A stretch of 60,091 bases of DNA. Source: Dongiaceae bacterium (lineage in GTDB: Bacteria > Verrucomicrobiota > Verrucomicrobiia > Limisphaerales > JAFMIX01). The notes under the pieces were generated by a model, which searched no databases, was not told the origin of the DNA, and saw only the letters and a list, made by a program, of their open reading frames with translations. The stretch spans positions 1 through 60,091 of the forward strand of contig DATJIU010000015.1 of the NCBI GenBank assembly GCA_035492855.1, read 5' to 3'. The translations under genes were made by a program, and so were the position numbers. Position 1 is the first letter of the stretch; every line of letters starts with the position of its first letter. Positions 20,603 to 32,120 of this stretch are shown in pieces.

Positions 20603-21631
20603 ATGGTTCAAATGGCTCCCGGCCCGGCGCTGATGGGCGAGATTTCCCCCTTCGGCGCATTATATGTGCGGGCATATCGCGGCATGTTGCTGGCCCGCAT
20701 TTTGGATGACAAATTTGCCGCGCTCTATCGCGCCGGGAAAATCACCGGAGGTGTCTTCCTGGGGCGCGGCCAGGAGGCGCTCAGCGTGGCTGTGGGCCTG
20801 GCGCTGCGCGCCGGCGACGTCTTTGCTCCCCTCATCCGCGATGCCGCCGGCCGGTTGATTTTCCGCGAAACCGTGCTGGATGCGGTGCGTACCTACATGG
20901 GGTCGCCGCTCGGCCCGATGCGCGGACGCGATGGCAATGTGCACCGCGGCAACCCGCGCGAGGGTTATCTGCCCATGATCAGCCATCTGGGCGCCATGAT
21001 CTCCGTGGTCAACGGCATGCTGCTGGCCAAACGGTTCAAGGGCGAGAAGGACGTCGTCGGCGCCGCCTGCGTGGGCGAAGGCGCCACCTCCACCGGCGCC
21101 TTCCATGAGGGCTTGAACCAGGCTGCGGTCGAAAACCTTCCGCTGATACTCGTGGTAGCCAACAACCAGTTTGCCTATTCCACCCCCACCGACCGCCAGT
21201 TCGCCTGCGAAAGCCTGGTGGACAAGGCCGCCGGTTACGGCGTGACCGGACACCGGGTGGATGGCACCGAACTGGATGCCTGTCTCAAAACCATTGCCAC
21301 CGCGGTGGAGCGCGCGCGCGCCGGCGACGGTCCCCAACTCGTGGTGGCGGAATTGCTCCGGCTCTGTGGTCACGGAGAACATGACGATGCGGGTTACATT
21401 GATTCCGGCATGAAAAAATCCCCCTTGGGCCGCGATTGTTTGAAGCTGGCCGAGGCCCAACTGTTGAGCCAGGGCTGGGCCGATGCCGCCCGGCTGGAGT
21501 CGTGGCGGGCCGAGGCCGTCCATGAAGTGGAAGCGGCCGTGGCCCAGGTGCAGGGCGAGGCTCCGCCCAACCCCTTCACCGAACAATGGTCGGCCCTGAG
21601 CACCGCCCGGTTGAGCGAAGGTCAGGAATAA
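20603..21631 (+). CDS. 2-oxoacid dehydrogenase E1 component alpha subunit (ThDP-dependent)
   Basis: [38 protein letters not shown] ThDP-binding region and the GHGEHDD segment. Alternative starts at 20612 and 20633. Confidence 0.85.
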   Translation: MVQMAPGPALMGEISPFGALYVRAYRGMLLARILDDKFAALYRAGKITGGVFLGRGQEALSVAVGLALRAGDVFAPLIRDAAGRLIFRETVLDAVRTYMGSPLGPMRGRDGNVHRGNPREGYLPMISHLGAMISVVNGMLLAKRFKGEKDVVGAACVGEGATSTGAFHEGLNQAAVENLPLILVVANNQFAYSTPTDRQFACESLVDKAAGYGVTGHRVDGTELDACLKTIATAVERARAGDGPQLVVAELLRLCGHGEHDDAGYIDSGMKKSPLGRDCLKLAEAQLLSQGWADAARLESWRAEAVHEVEAAVAQVQGEAPPNPFTEQWSALSTARLSEGQE

Positions 21632-21641
21632 TCCCTGCCGC

Positions 21642-22607
21642 ATGAGCATCACCTATTTGGAAGCGATTCGTGAAGCCCAGGCCCGGGCGCTGGCCCAAGA
21701 TCCCCGGGTCTTCATCTACGGGCAGGACGTGGGCGCATTTGGCGGCGCGTTCAAGGCCACCAAAAATCTCGCCGGGGAATTTCCCGGGCGCGTGCTGGAT
21801 GCCCCCATCAGCGAGGACGCCATCATCGGCTCCGCCGTGGGCGCCGCCATCGGCGGCATGCGGCCCATCGTGGAAATGCAATTCGCCGACTTCGCCTCGG
21901 TCGGGTTCAACCAGATCGTGAACCAGGCGGCCACGCTGTTCTGGCGTACGCAAGTACCGTGTCCCATCACGGTCCGGCTCCCGTTTGGCGGCACCGCCGG
22001 CGGCGGGCCATTCCACAGCCAGAGCGTCGAAGCCATCTACGCGCATTTCCCCGGATTGATTGTGATGACTCCCGCCACCGTGGAAGACGCCTACAGCATG
22101 TTGCTGGAAGCGGTGGCCATTGACGACCCGGTTATTTTTTGCGAGCACAAGTACCTTTATTATCACTTGAAGGCGGACGCGTTGCCTACGGAGGCCGTGC
22201 CCACCGGCAAAGCGCGCATCGCCCGCGCGGGCCGCGACATGACCATCGTGGCCTACAGCGCCATGGTACATGAAGCCATCGCCGCGGCGGACGAACTCGC
22301 GCCCGAAGGCTCGGAAATTGAGGTTGTGGACCTGCGCTCCGTGAAGCCGCTGGATACTGACACCGTCATGGCCTCGGTGGCCCGCACCGGCCGGCTGCTG
22401 TGCGTGGGCGAATCCTGGCCGTGGGGCGGGGTGACCGCCGAGGTGATTGCCCGCGTGGCCGCCGAAGGGTTCGGCCTGCTGGATGCCCCGCCGCAGCGGT
22501 TGAACGCCAAGGACACCCCGGTGCCGTATCATCCCAACCTCTGGACCACCCACCGCCCGACGGCCCGCAGCATCGCCGCCGCCGCGCGCCGGTTGTTGCG
22601 CCTGTAA
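21642..22607 (+). CDS. 2-oxoacid dehydrogenase E1 component beta subunit
   Basis: ITYLEAIREA, DAPISEDAIIGSAVGAA, and the FHSQS motif; 321 aa. Confidence 0.9.
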   Translation: MSITYLEAIREAQARALAQDPRVFIYGQDVGAFGGAFKATKNLAGEFPGRVLDAPISEDAIIGSAVGAAIGGMRPIVEMQFADFASVGFNQIVNQAATLFWRTQVPCPITVRLPFGGTAGGGPFHSQSVEAIYAHFPGLIVMTPATVEDAYSMLLEAVAIDDPVIFCEHKYLYYHLKADALPTEAVPTGKARIARAGRDMTIVAYSAMVHEAIAAADELAPEGSEIEVVDLRSVKPLDTDTVMASVARTGRLLCVGESWPWGGVTAEVIARVAAEGFGLLDAPPQRLNAKDTPVPYHPNLWTTHRPTARSIAAAARRLLRL

Positions 22608-22614
22608 TTTTATT

Positions 22615-23814
22615 ATGCCTCAAGTTCCCATCATCATGCCGCAACTGGGCGAATCCATCGCCGAAGCCACCATCATCAATCTCCTGGCGCCGGTGGGCAC
22701 CGCGGTGGAGGCCGACCAGGACATCGTGGAAGTGGAGACCAACAAGGCGACGATGAACGTGACCTCGCCCTGCCGCGGCAAGATTGAAAAATGGACGGTG
22801 CAGTTGAACGAGAGCTATGCCGTGGGCGCGATCATCGGTTATCTGGAGGCAACGGTGGCAGACGCGGAACGCAGCGGACAGTCCGTAGCGCCCGCCCCGG
22901 ACTCCGCCACCAACGGCAAAGCCGAGGGCAAACCGCGGACCGGCACCGAAGGCCACAAGCAGGTCGAGCCCACCGTGCGCGGCCTGCCCGTGCCGGCCAA
23001 TACCGCCGGCGTCAGTTACATTTCCCCGCGCATGAAGGCCCGCATGAATGAGCTGGGCCTGCAGGCGGCGGATATGGCGGGCATTGCCGGCAGTGGCGCC
23101 GCCGGGCGGGTAACCATCCAGGACCTCGAAGCCTTTCTCGCCAACCTCGAGCAGCACAAGGTGACCCCGGCCTCGTCCATGCGCGTGGCCGTGGCCGACG
23201 CCATGCGCCGCAGTTGGACCCGCCCGCTGGCCATGGTGGCGCTGCCCATCCACCTGGATCCCATGCTGGCCCATCGCAAATCCGGCGCGCCCAAGGCGGG
23301 CCCGGCCCTGTACGCCCTGCGGGCACTGGCCATCGCGCTCGCGGAAAACAGCGCGCCGGCCGGCCGGCTCATCGGCAACAAAATCGTGCATCCTTCTTCC
23401 ATTGACGTGGGCTTCGCCGTGGAGGCGGAAGATGGCGTGCTCGTGCCCGTCATCCGCCACGCCGACAAAAAATCTTTGAAGGACCTGGTGGCGCGCTACA
23501 ACGAACTGGTGGAACTGGCCCGGCAACGCAAACTGCCGCGCGATGCCACCGGTGGCTCCATTGCCACCGTCACCAACTTCGGCACGTTCGGTCTCACCTG
23601 GGCCACGCCGATTCCGCTGCCGGAACAAACCCTCGTGCTCGGCATGGGTGCCGGCCGCCGGGTGCCGCACTGGGATGTCGCCACCGGTCAGTTCGTGCCC
23701 ATCATGGAAGCCAACTTCACCCTGAGCTTCGACCACCGCGTGCTGGATGGCGGCGCGGCCGGCCGGTTGCTGGCCCGCGTGGCCGAACTCATCCGGCATC
23801 CCGAGCAGATGTAA
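22615..23814 (+). CDS. dihydrolipoamide acyltransferase E2 component
   Basis: Lipoyl domain (VEVETNKATMNV), a peripheral-subunit-binding segment (GSGAAGRVTIQDLEAF), and a catalytic domain ending in SFDHRVLDGG. Confidence 0.9.
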   Translation: MPQVPIIMPQLGESIAEATIINLLAPVGTAVEADQDIVEVETNKATMNVTSPCRGKIEKWTVQLNESYAVGAIIGYLEATVADAERSGQSVAPAPDSATNGKAEGKPRTGTEGHKQVEPTVRGLPVPANTAGVSYISPRMKARMNELGLQAADMAGIAGSGAAGRVTIQDLEAFLANLEQHKVTPASSMRVAVADAMRRSWTRPLAMVALPIHLDPMLAHRKSGAPKAGPALYALRALAIALAENSAPAGRLIGNKIVHPSSIDVGFAVEAEDGVLVPVIRHADKKSLKDLVARYNELVELARQRKLPRDATGGSIATVTNFGTFGLTWATPIPLPEQTLVLGMGAGRRVPHWDVATGQFVPIMEANFTLSFDHRVLDGGAAGRLLARVAELIRHPEQM

Positions 23815-24114
23815 GTCCCCGCCGGGGCCATGCCACAATCGTCTATCTTGGTTTGATGTCGTCGGGGGGCGTGATTCCAAAGTCCCTCATGCGCCGGGTC
23901 AGTCGCCCCGGCCTACATTCATCTGCATCAGAGTGGCACTGCGGTCGCATGACCAACCCCGCGTCCGCGTTTTTCCCAAAACAAGGCGCTCATTGATCCC
24001 CCTTCTTCAGTGGGGAGCGGGCAGGCCTAATCACGGAGTTTTCAAGCTGAAATGCCGACAGCCCGCCAAATTTTGCATTGCGGCATCCCGCACCCGGCTG
24101 TCATGGTTTGCCGC

Positions 24115-26127
24115 ATGACCAAAATCCAAAGGCTCGTTTTGACGCTGGGATTGCTGGCGCTTGCGGGCGGCAGGATTTCCGCAGCGGTGGTGGAAAGCGA
24201 CGTCTGTGTGTATGGCGGCACCTCCGGTGGAGTGGTGGCGGCTGTGGCAGCGGCACATCTGGGCCAAACAGTTTCCCTGGCAGTCTATGATACGCACCTG
24301 GGTGGATTGACCTCCGGCGGCCTGGGCGCCACCGATGTGGGCACGGTGACCGCCATCGGCGGCATGGCCCGGGAGTTTTACCGCCGCATTGGCAGGTGCT
24401 ACGGCCAGGAGGAGCGGTTTGATTTTGAACCGCACGTGGCGGCCCAGGTGTTCGCCGACTGGCTGCGCGAAGCCGGGGTGACGCCGCATTGGCGGCAACG
24501 GCTGGCGACGGTGACCAAGTCCGGCACCCGCATTACCGAAATCCGCATGGAGGACGGCACCGTGTACCGCGCCAAGATGTTCATTGATGCCACCTATGAG
24601 GGCGATTTAATGGCGCAAGCCGGAGTAAGTTTCACCTTCGGTCGCGAAGGCACTAACGTGTATGACGAACCGTTGAACGGCGTTCGCGCCAGCACGCCCA
24701 AGCATCAGTTCGATGTGGCCGTGGATCCCTATATCATACCGGGAAACTCCGCCAGCGGGTTGCTGCCGTTCATTCAACCGGGCGATGGCGGGACTCCGGG
24801 CGCGGGCGACCGGCGCATTCAGGCCTTCAACTACCGCTTGTGCTTTACGCAAAATCCCACCAACCGGCTGCCGCACGTCCAGCCGCCGGATTTCGACCCC
24901 GCCCGCTACGAATTGCTGGGCCGGCTGCTGGATGCCTGGCGGGCGGCGGGAAAAAAGCTGACGCTGCATTCCTTTTTCAACATCACCGCGCTGCCCAACG
25001 GCAAGACGGATATGAACAACAACGGCCCGTTCTCCACCGATTTTATCGGCATGAACTGGACGTATCCCACCAACGACTACGCCGCCCGTGAAAAGCTGGA
25101 CCGGCAGCACCGGGAATACATCCAGGGTATGATCTGGTATCTGCTCACGAGTCCGCGCGCGCCGGAAACGTTGCGCGACGAATTGCGGACCTGGGGCCCG
25201 TGTCGCGACGAATGGCCGGAAACCGGAGGTTATTCGCCGCAGATTTACGTGCGCGAAGCCCGGCGCCTGTTAGGGGAATACATGATGACGCAGGCAGATT
25301 GCGCGGGCGACCGGGTGGCCCCTGATTCCCTTTGTTTAGGCTCGTATAATATGGATTCGCATAACTGCCAGCGGGTGGTGCAGCACGGCGTGGTGCGCAA
25401 CGAAGGCGATGTCCAAGTGCACGTGCCCCGGCCATATCCCATCGCTTACCGCGCCATCCTGCCGCGCCGGAGCGAATGCGAGAATTTGCTGGTGCCGCTG
25501 GCGTTGTCGGCGAGCCACATTGCGTTTGGTTCCATCCGCATGGAGCCGGTGTTCATGATGCTGGGGCAGGGGGCGGGCACGGCGGCGGCCCTGGCCGATG
25601 TGGATGCAGTCTCCGTGCAGCAACTAAGTTATGCCCGGCTGGCGGCGCAGCTCACGAAAGACGGAGCGCTGCTGCACTGGCAGCCCACCGGTTTGGCGGG
25701 AATTACGGCCGGGATCATTGTGGACAATGCCGGCCCCGGAGTCAGTGTCACCGGAGACTGGCAGGCCAGCACGGCGACCGCCGGATTTTTGGGCCGGGAT
25801 TACTGGCATGATGCCAATGCCGGCAAGGGCGAGAAGAGCGTGACGTTCGTTCCGCAACTGCCGCGGGCCGGTCGTTACCAGGTGGCCCTGTATTGGCCGG
25901 CCGCGTCGAACCGGGCCTCCAATGTGCCGGTGGATGTAAATTTCGCGGGTGGCTTGCAGACCGTGTTGGTGGATGAAACGCGGGAGCACGCGGGCTGGGT
26001 GCCGTTGCTAACCACCAATTTTGATGCCGGCACCAACGGCTGGGTACGCTTGCGGACCACCGGCACCACGAATCACGTCATTACGGATGCGGTCCGCTGG
26101 CTGCCGGTAAGTGCGGCATCGCAATAA
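24115..26127 (+). CDS. secreted FAD-dependent oxidoreductase with a golvesin-C-terminal-like domain
   Basis: Signal peptide (MTKIQRLVLTLGLLALAGG), dinucleotide-binding motif VCVYGGTSGGVVAAVAAA, and a C-terminal about 150-aa module IIVDNAGPG...GDWQAS...GRYQVALYWPA...NVPVDV...GWVPL...TDAVRWLP. Confidence 0.8.
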   Translation: MTKIQRLVLTLGLLALAGGRISAAVVESDVCVYGGTSGGVVAAVAAAHLGQTVSLAVYDTHLGGLTSGGLGATDVGTVTAIGGMAREFYRRIGRCYGQEERFDFEPHVAAQVFADWLREAGVTPHWRQRLATVTKSGTRITEIRMEDGTVYRAKMFIDATYEGDLMAQAGVSFTFGREGTNVYDEPLNGVRASTPKHQFDVAVDPYIIPGNSASGLLPFIQPGDGGTPGAGDRRIQAFNYRLCFTQNPTNRLPHVQPPDFDPARYELLGRLLDAWRAAGKKLTLHSFFNITALPNGKTDMNNNGPFSTDFIGMNWTYPTNDYAAREKLDRQHREYIQGMIWYLLTSPRAPETLRDELRTWGPCRDEWPETGGYSPQIYVREARRLLGEYMMTQADCAGDRVAPDSLCLGSYNMDSHNCQRVVQHGVVRNEGDVQVHVPRPYPIAYRAILPRRSECENLLVPLALSASHIAFGSIRMEPVFMMLGQGAGTAAALADVDAVSVQQLSYARLAAQLTKDGALLHWQPTGLAGITAGIIVDNAGPGVSVTGDWQASTATAGFLGRDYWHDANAGKGEKSVTFVPQLPRAGRYQVALYWPAASNRASNVPVDVNFAGGLQTVLVDETREHAGWVPLLTTNFDAGTNGWVRLRTTGTTNHVITDAVRWLPVSAASQ

Positions 26128-26156
26128 AGTCGGGAAGCGGCGCAGCTCCGCTGGAT

Positions 26157-26177
26157 TGCGGATGCTCCCCATCCGCA
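26157..26177 (+). terminator. stem-loop downstream of the FAD oxidoreductase gene
   Basis: TGCGGATG / CATCCGCA 8-bp stem with a 5-nt loop, 30 nt after the stop. There is no T-run, so terminator function is uncertain. Confidence 0.35.
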
Positions 26178-26488
26178 GTGTGAGGCAACGCCGGAGGTTT
26201 TGGGCGAGCGAAGTCAGTTTTATCGTCCGCTCTCGCTGAACTACAGGCATCTCGTATCTGTCTGGCTTGGCGGGCCTAAGAAGGCAAGCTGATCTTTTGG
26301 CGTGATTGGCAAAGAGATTGGCGCGTCCTGCCAGTGACGAGATTCTATGATTGGTATATCATAAAATCATGTCTGCCGTCAGAATCCGAACGGGGGGGCA
26401 AAAAAGTGTGAAGCGACAGCCGCTTTTGATCTTCAAAGACACGATGCCCGGTTTCAGCGATGGCCTTGAATTTCAGCCCAATTAGCCA

Positions 26489-27499
26489 ATGAGTGATCGT
26501 TTACGAATCTCCCGCACCTGGGCCCGGCGGTTCGCCGACCATAGGCTGGCGGTGCCGACCCTGCTCCAACTTGCGGGATTGCCGCCAGGCTTTTTCAATC
26601 AGGAGAAGGTTTACGTTACCACGGCTGAAGTCTTCGCGCTTTGGCGGAGTGTTGGAGAAATGAGCTCCGATCCGGGCATCGGCCTGAAGTTGGGCGCAGA
26701 ACAACGATTGGAACGGTCACACCCCGCTGCGATTGCCGTTATTTGCAGCCGGACCTTTGGTGATGCCCTCGAACGACTCGGCCGTTACAAACGACTGACG
26801 TGCCCGGAAGAGATTCGGGTCCACCGGAACGCTCAAGAAGCCGCAGTGGAGTTCTTTTATGTCGCAGCGGAAGAACCGCAACCCGATATGCTGGTGGATA
26901 TGGTCATGTCCTGGATTCTGGGCGTGGGGCGGCGGGGCACTGACGGCCAACTCTCCCCACTTCGGCTGGAACTGACGCGTGGGGTGCGGCATCGCGAATT
27001 GTTTGAAAGCCATTTCGGATGCCCGGTGCGTTTCAGGAGTGACCGCAACGCCCTGATTTTTCGCAGCAGCGCTCTCGACCTCCCCTTTGTGACTCACAAC
27101 GAAGAATTGCTGACGGTGATCGGAACGCAGTTAGATTCCGAACTGGAAGCGCGGCACCGGGGCACGAATGCCGGCGAACAGGTGAAAGAGGCGCTCCGAC
27201 GATCATTGGCCGGCAAGCGCCCCACACTGCAGGGTGTCGCCCAGGAACTGGGCATGAGCGTCCGCACACTCCAGCGCCGGCTGGCTGACGCCGGCATCAC
27301 TTTTCAACAGGTCGTGGCAGACACGCGCCACGAGTTGGCCCGCCACTATTTGAAACAAAGCGCGGTGGAACTGAACGAAACTGCCTTCTTGCTGGGCTTT
27401 GAAGACGCCAGCTCGTTCTTTCGCGCTTTTCAAGAGTGGGAGGGCACTTCGCCGGGCGAGTGGCGGACCCGGCAATCTGCCGCGGCTGTCGAAGCGTAG
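26489..27499 (+). CDS. AraC-family transcriptional regulator
   Basis: C-terminal double HTH (LQGVAQELGMSVRTLQRRL ... ETAFLLGFEDASSFFRAFQEWEGTSPGEWR) with an N-terminal AraC-type ligand-binding-like domain. Confidence 0.85.
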   Translation: MSDRLRISRTWARRFADHRLAVPTLLQLAGLPPGFFNQEKVYVTTAEVFALWRSVGEMSSDPGIGLKLGAEQRLERSHPAAIAVICSRTFGDALERLGRYKRLTCPEEIRVHRNAQEAAVEFFYVAAEEPQPDMLVDMVMSWILGVGRRGTDGQLSPLRLELTRGVRHRELFESHFGCPVRFRSDRNALIFRSSALDLPFVTHNEELLTVIGTQLDSELEARHRGTNAGEQVKEALRRSLAGKRPTLQGVAQELGMSVRTLQRRLADAGITFQQVVADTRHELARHYLKQSAVELNETAFLLGFEDASSFFRAFQEWEGTSPGEWRTRQSAAAVEA

Positions 27500-28741
<1,242 letters not shown>

Positions 28742-28773
28742 CGATTCGGGCTCGCCAGGGATTTTGCGCATGA

Positions 28774-29655
<882 letters not shown>

Positions 29656-29698
29656 TCGCACGGACCATTTTTCCAGTTGCCGGACCAGCGCAAACATT

Positions 29699-31381
29699 AT
29701 GAGCAGAAAACATCAAAAGCCCCGGGGCGCGCCCTGGCTGATCGCCGCCTTCCTTGTTGCTTCAACAGGCGCGCAAGAAACCACCACGAGCGGGCCCGAG
29801 AAGCCTTCCCCGCCGACAGCGGTCGCCGCCCCGGCCCCGGCTGTGGCGCCGACGGTCCGCACTGAAGCCGGAATTGTGCGTGGCGTGACCGCAGGAGAGG
29901 TCGCCAGCTTTAAGGGCATTCCTTACGCTGCCGCTCCGGTCGGCGCCTTGCGCTGGCGCCCACCGCAACCGGTCCCCGCGTGGCAGGGAGTGCGCGACGC
30001 CAGCAAGTTCGGCGCAGATTGCGCGCACGCAGCATGGCCCCGCGGTTCGGGATCAATTGCGGAAGGCTCCTCCGAAGATTGTCTGTTCATCAATGTGTGG
30101 CGGCCAGCCGGGGCTTCGGCGGGGGCGAAATTGCCGGTCATGGTCTGGATCCACGGCGGCGCTTTCGTGTTCGGCAGCGGCGCCCTGCCGGACGCTTCCA
30201 GCCTTCAATTCGCCAGGCACGGGATCATTTTGGTGGCGTTCAATTACCGGCTGGGACGTCTGGGCTTCTTCGCGTTTCCCGCACTCAGCCGCGAGCATCC
30301 GGAAGAACTCCATGGCAACTACGCTTACATGGACCAGATTGCCGCCCTCAAGTGGGTGCAGCGGAACATCGCCGCCTTTGGGGGGGATCCGAAAAATGTT
30401 ACCATCTTTGGCGAATCCGCTGGCGGGGTCTCCGTGCATACGCTCCTGACCTCGCCGCTTTCACGCGGCCTTTTCCAAAAAGCCATCAGCGAGTCGGGTG
30501 GGGGCCGGGACGGCGTTCTCACCGGGCGGCCAATGGCGCAAGATGGTAGCGATCCAAACTACCCGGTGTCCGCTGAAACGATCGGCATGAACTTCGCCCG
30601 CAAGCATAAGATCGCGGGAACGGCCGCGGCCGCGCTGGCTGAACTGCGGGACCTCAGCGTTGCGGAAATTGTGGATGGCGGTCAGGAAAGTGACGGACCG
30701 GGTGGTCCCGCCATTTACTCGGGGCCGATTCTCGACGGTAAGCTGGTAGCGGAGACCGCCCAGAGCGCCTACGAGGCAGGCACGCAGGCAAAGGTTCCGC
30801 TGATCATCGGATCCAACAGCGCGGAAGTGCCGGGCGGTTTTGTTAATGCCAGTTCAAAGGACGAATTGCTGGCTCGCTTCGGAAGCCTGAGGGCCCAGGC
30901 GATTGCGGCCTACAATCCTGAGGGGACTAATGAATTTTCCCAAATGCTCACGATGGTGAATACGGACAAGGTATGGGCGGAGCCTGCCCGGTTCACCGCC
31001 AGAGCCTTTGCCGCCAAGAAACAGCCGGCCTACGTTTATCGCTTTTCCTACGTCCCGGCCGAAATGCAACCGATGATGCGATATGGGGCGCCGCACGGAT
31101 CGGAAATCCCTTATGTGTTCGGTAACCCTGCCGGCAGAAACGGAGCTTCCGCGGCCGCCAAGGACCAAGAGGTCGCCAGGATAATGAACGCCTATTGGGC
31201 AAACTTCGCCAGGACTGGCGACCCCAATGGCAGGGGATTGCCGAAATGGCCACGTTATAATCCCAAAAGCGGCGAGATCTTGGATATTCAACCCGACGGT
31301 ACGCCTGTCGCCGGGCCTGATTCCCGAAAAGCGCGTCTGGATGTCACCGAGTTGGCCTCCAAGTTGACGAAGCCACGATAG
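29699..31381 (+). CDS. secreted carboxylesterase/lipase (type B) family protein
   Basis: Signal peptide, [26 protein letters not shown], and the nucleophile elbow GESAGG. Confidence 0.9.
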   Translation: MSRKHQKPRGAPWLIAAFLVASTGAQETTTSGPEKPSPPTAVAAPAPAVAPTVRTEAGIVRGVTAGEVASFKGIPYAAAPVGALRWRPPQPVPAWQGVRDASKFGADCAHAAWPRGSGSIAEGSSEDCLFINVWRPAGASAGAKLPVMVWIHGGAFVFGSGALPDASSLQFARHGIILVAFNYRLGRLGFFAFPALSREHPEELHGNYAYMDQIAALKWVQRNIAAFGGDPKNVTIFGESAGGVSVHTLLTSPLSRGLFQKAISESGGGRDGVLTGRPMAQDGSDPNYPVSAETIGMNFARKHKIAGTAAAALAELRDLSVAEIVDGGQESDGPGGPAIYSGPILDGKLVAETAQSAYEAGTQAKVPLIIGSNSAEVPGGFVNASSKDELLARFGSLRAQAIAAYNPEGTNEFSQMLTMVNTDKVWAEPARFTARAFAAKKQPAYVYRFSYVPAEMQPMMRYGAPHGSEIPYVFGNPAGRNGASAAAKDQEVARIMNAYWANFARTGDPNGRGLPKWPRYNPKSGEILDIQPDGTPVAGPDSRKARLDVTELASKLTKPR

Positions 31382-31441
31382 CATTGCACCCGCAAAAAAA
31401 TCCTGTCGGTGGAGCTCAGTTAACCCAACAAAACAAAAATC

Positions 31442-31951
31442 ATGAAAATAACACTTATCGCGTTGTGCCTGTTTTTCGCCGGACTGCAGCCATCGCTGGC
31501 TCAAGCGAAATTGCCGGGTTCGGCAACCCCAACCTTTACCCGAGAGGAACAGGAAATCCTTGATCTTTCAAAAACCAAATGGACCTGGATGTCAGAAAAA
31601 AATGTCGAGGCGCTGAACGGGCTTTTTGAAGAAAACTGCGTGTTTGTGCATATGGGGGGAAGCTGGGGGAAGAAACAGGAGCTGGATACCATTAAGGGAG
31701 GCATGATTTGGTATAAAAAAGCGGAAATCTACTCGGCATCAGTGAATCTCTTTGGCAATACCGCAATCTTGTTAAACGACATTGACTTGGTGGCAATGGT
31801 CGGCGGCCACGAAGCCATCAATCCGTTTATGGTGACGGAGGTCTATATCAAAGCGGACGGCAAATGGAAGCTGGGCTCGCTCACCTTCTCCCATCTGATG
31901 CGGCCACTTAAATTGAAAATCAATAATGAGCCGCCGCCGGCGCAACACTGA
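31442..31951 (+). CDS. NTF2-like (SnoaL/DUF4440-type) secreted protein
   Basis: Signal peptide MKITLIALCLFFAGLQPSLAQA, with size and pattern consistent with a cone-shaped NTF2 fold. AT-rich gene. Confidence 0.7.
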   Translation: MKITLIALCLFFAGLQPSLAQAKLPGSATPTFTREEQEILDLSKTKWTWMSEKNVEALNGLFEENCVFVHMGGSWGKKQELDTIKGGMIWYKKAEIYSASVNLFGNTAILLNDIDLVAMVGGHEAINPFMVTEVYIKADGKWKLGSLTFSHLMRPLKLKINNEPPPAQH

Positions 31952-32120
31952 CTGGCCCTGCGCGCGCGCGACTGCCCGCGATCTGGGTGATAATACGCCG
32001 TGCTTCTCCAGCGCATTTTGATTTCTAAGAATTGCTGCAAATACCGCCCGGCGCGGCAACGGCACTTGCCATTTGTTTCCATTGCGTTTATCTCCTTTGC
32101 GGTCCCGAAATAATCGCATC

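Noticed and set aside
22366-23880. A 504-aa minus-strand ORF lies opposite the E2 gene. Similar antisense ORFs occur at 43253-44938, 37833-39005 and 55074-56438.
   Set aside because: Same reasoning: they lie opposite strongly supported genes and have low-complexity translations.
26369-26485. A 38-codon ORF (MSAVRIRTGGQKSVKRQPLLIFKDTMPGFSDGLEFQPN) ends 3 nt before the araC start.
   Set aside because: It is too short, has no recognisable family and no obvious ribosome-binding context. It could be a leader peptide, but nothing in the sequence supports that. It also contains the G7/A6 homopolymers.
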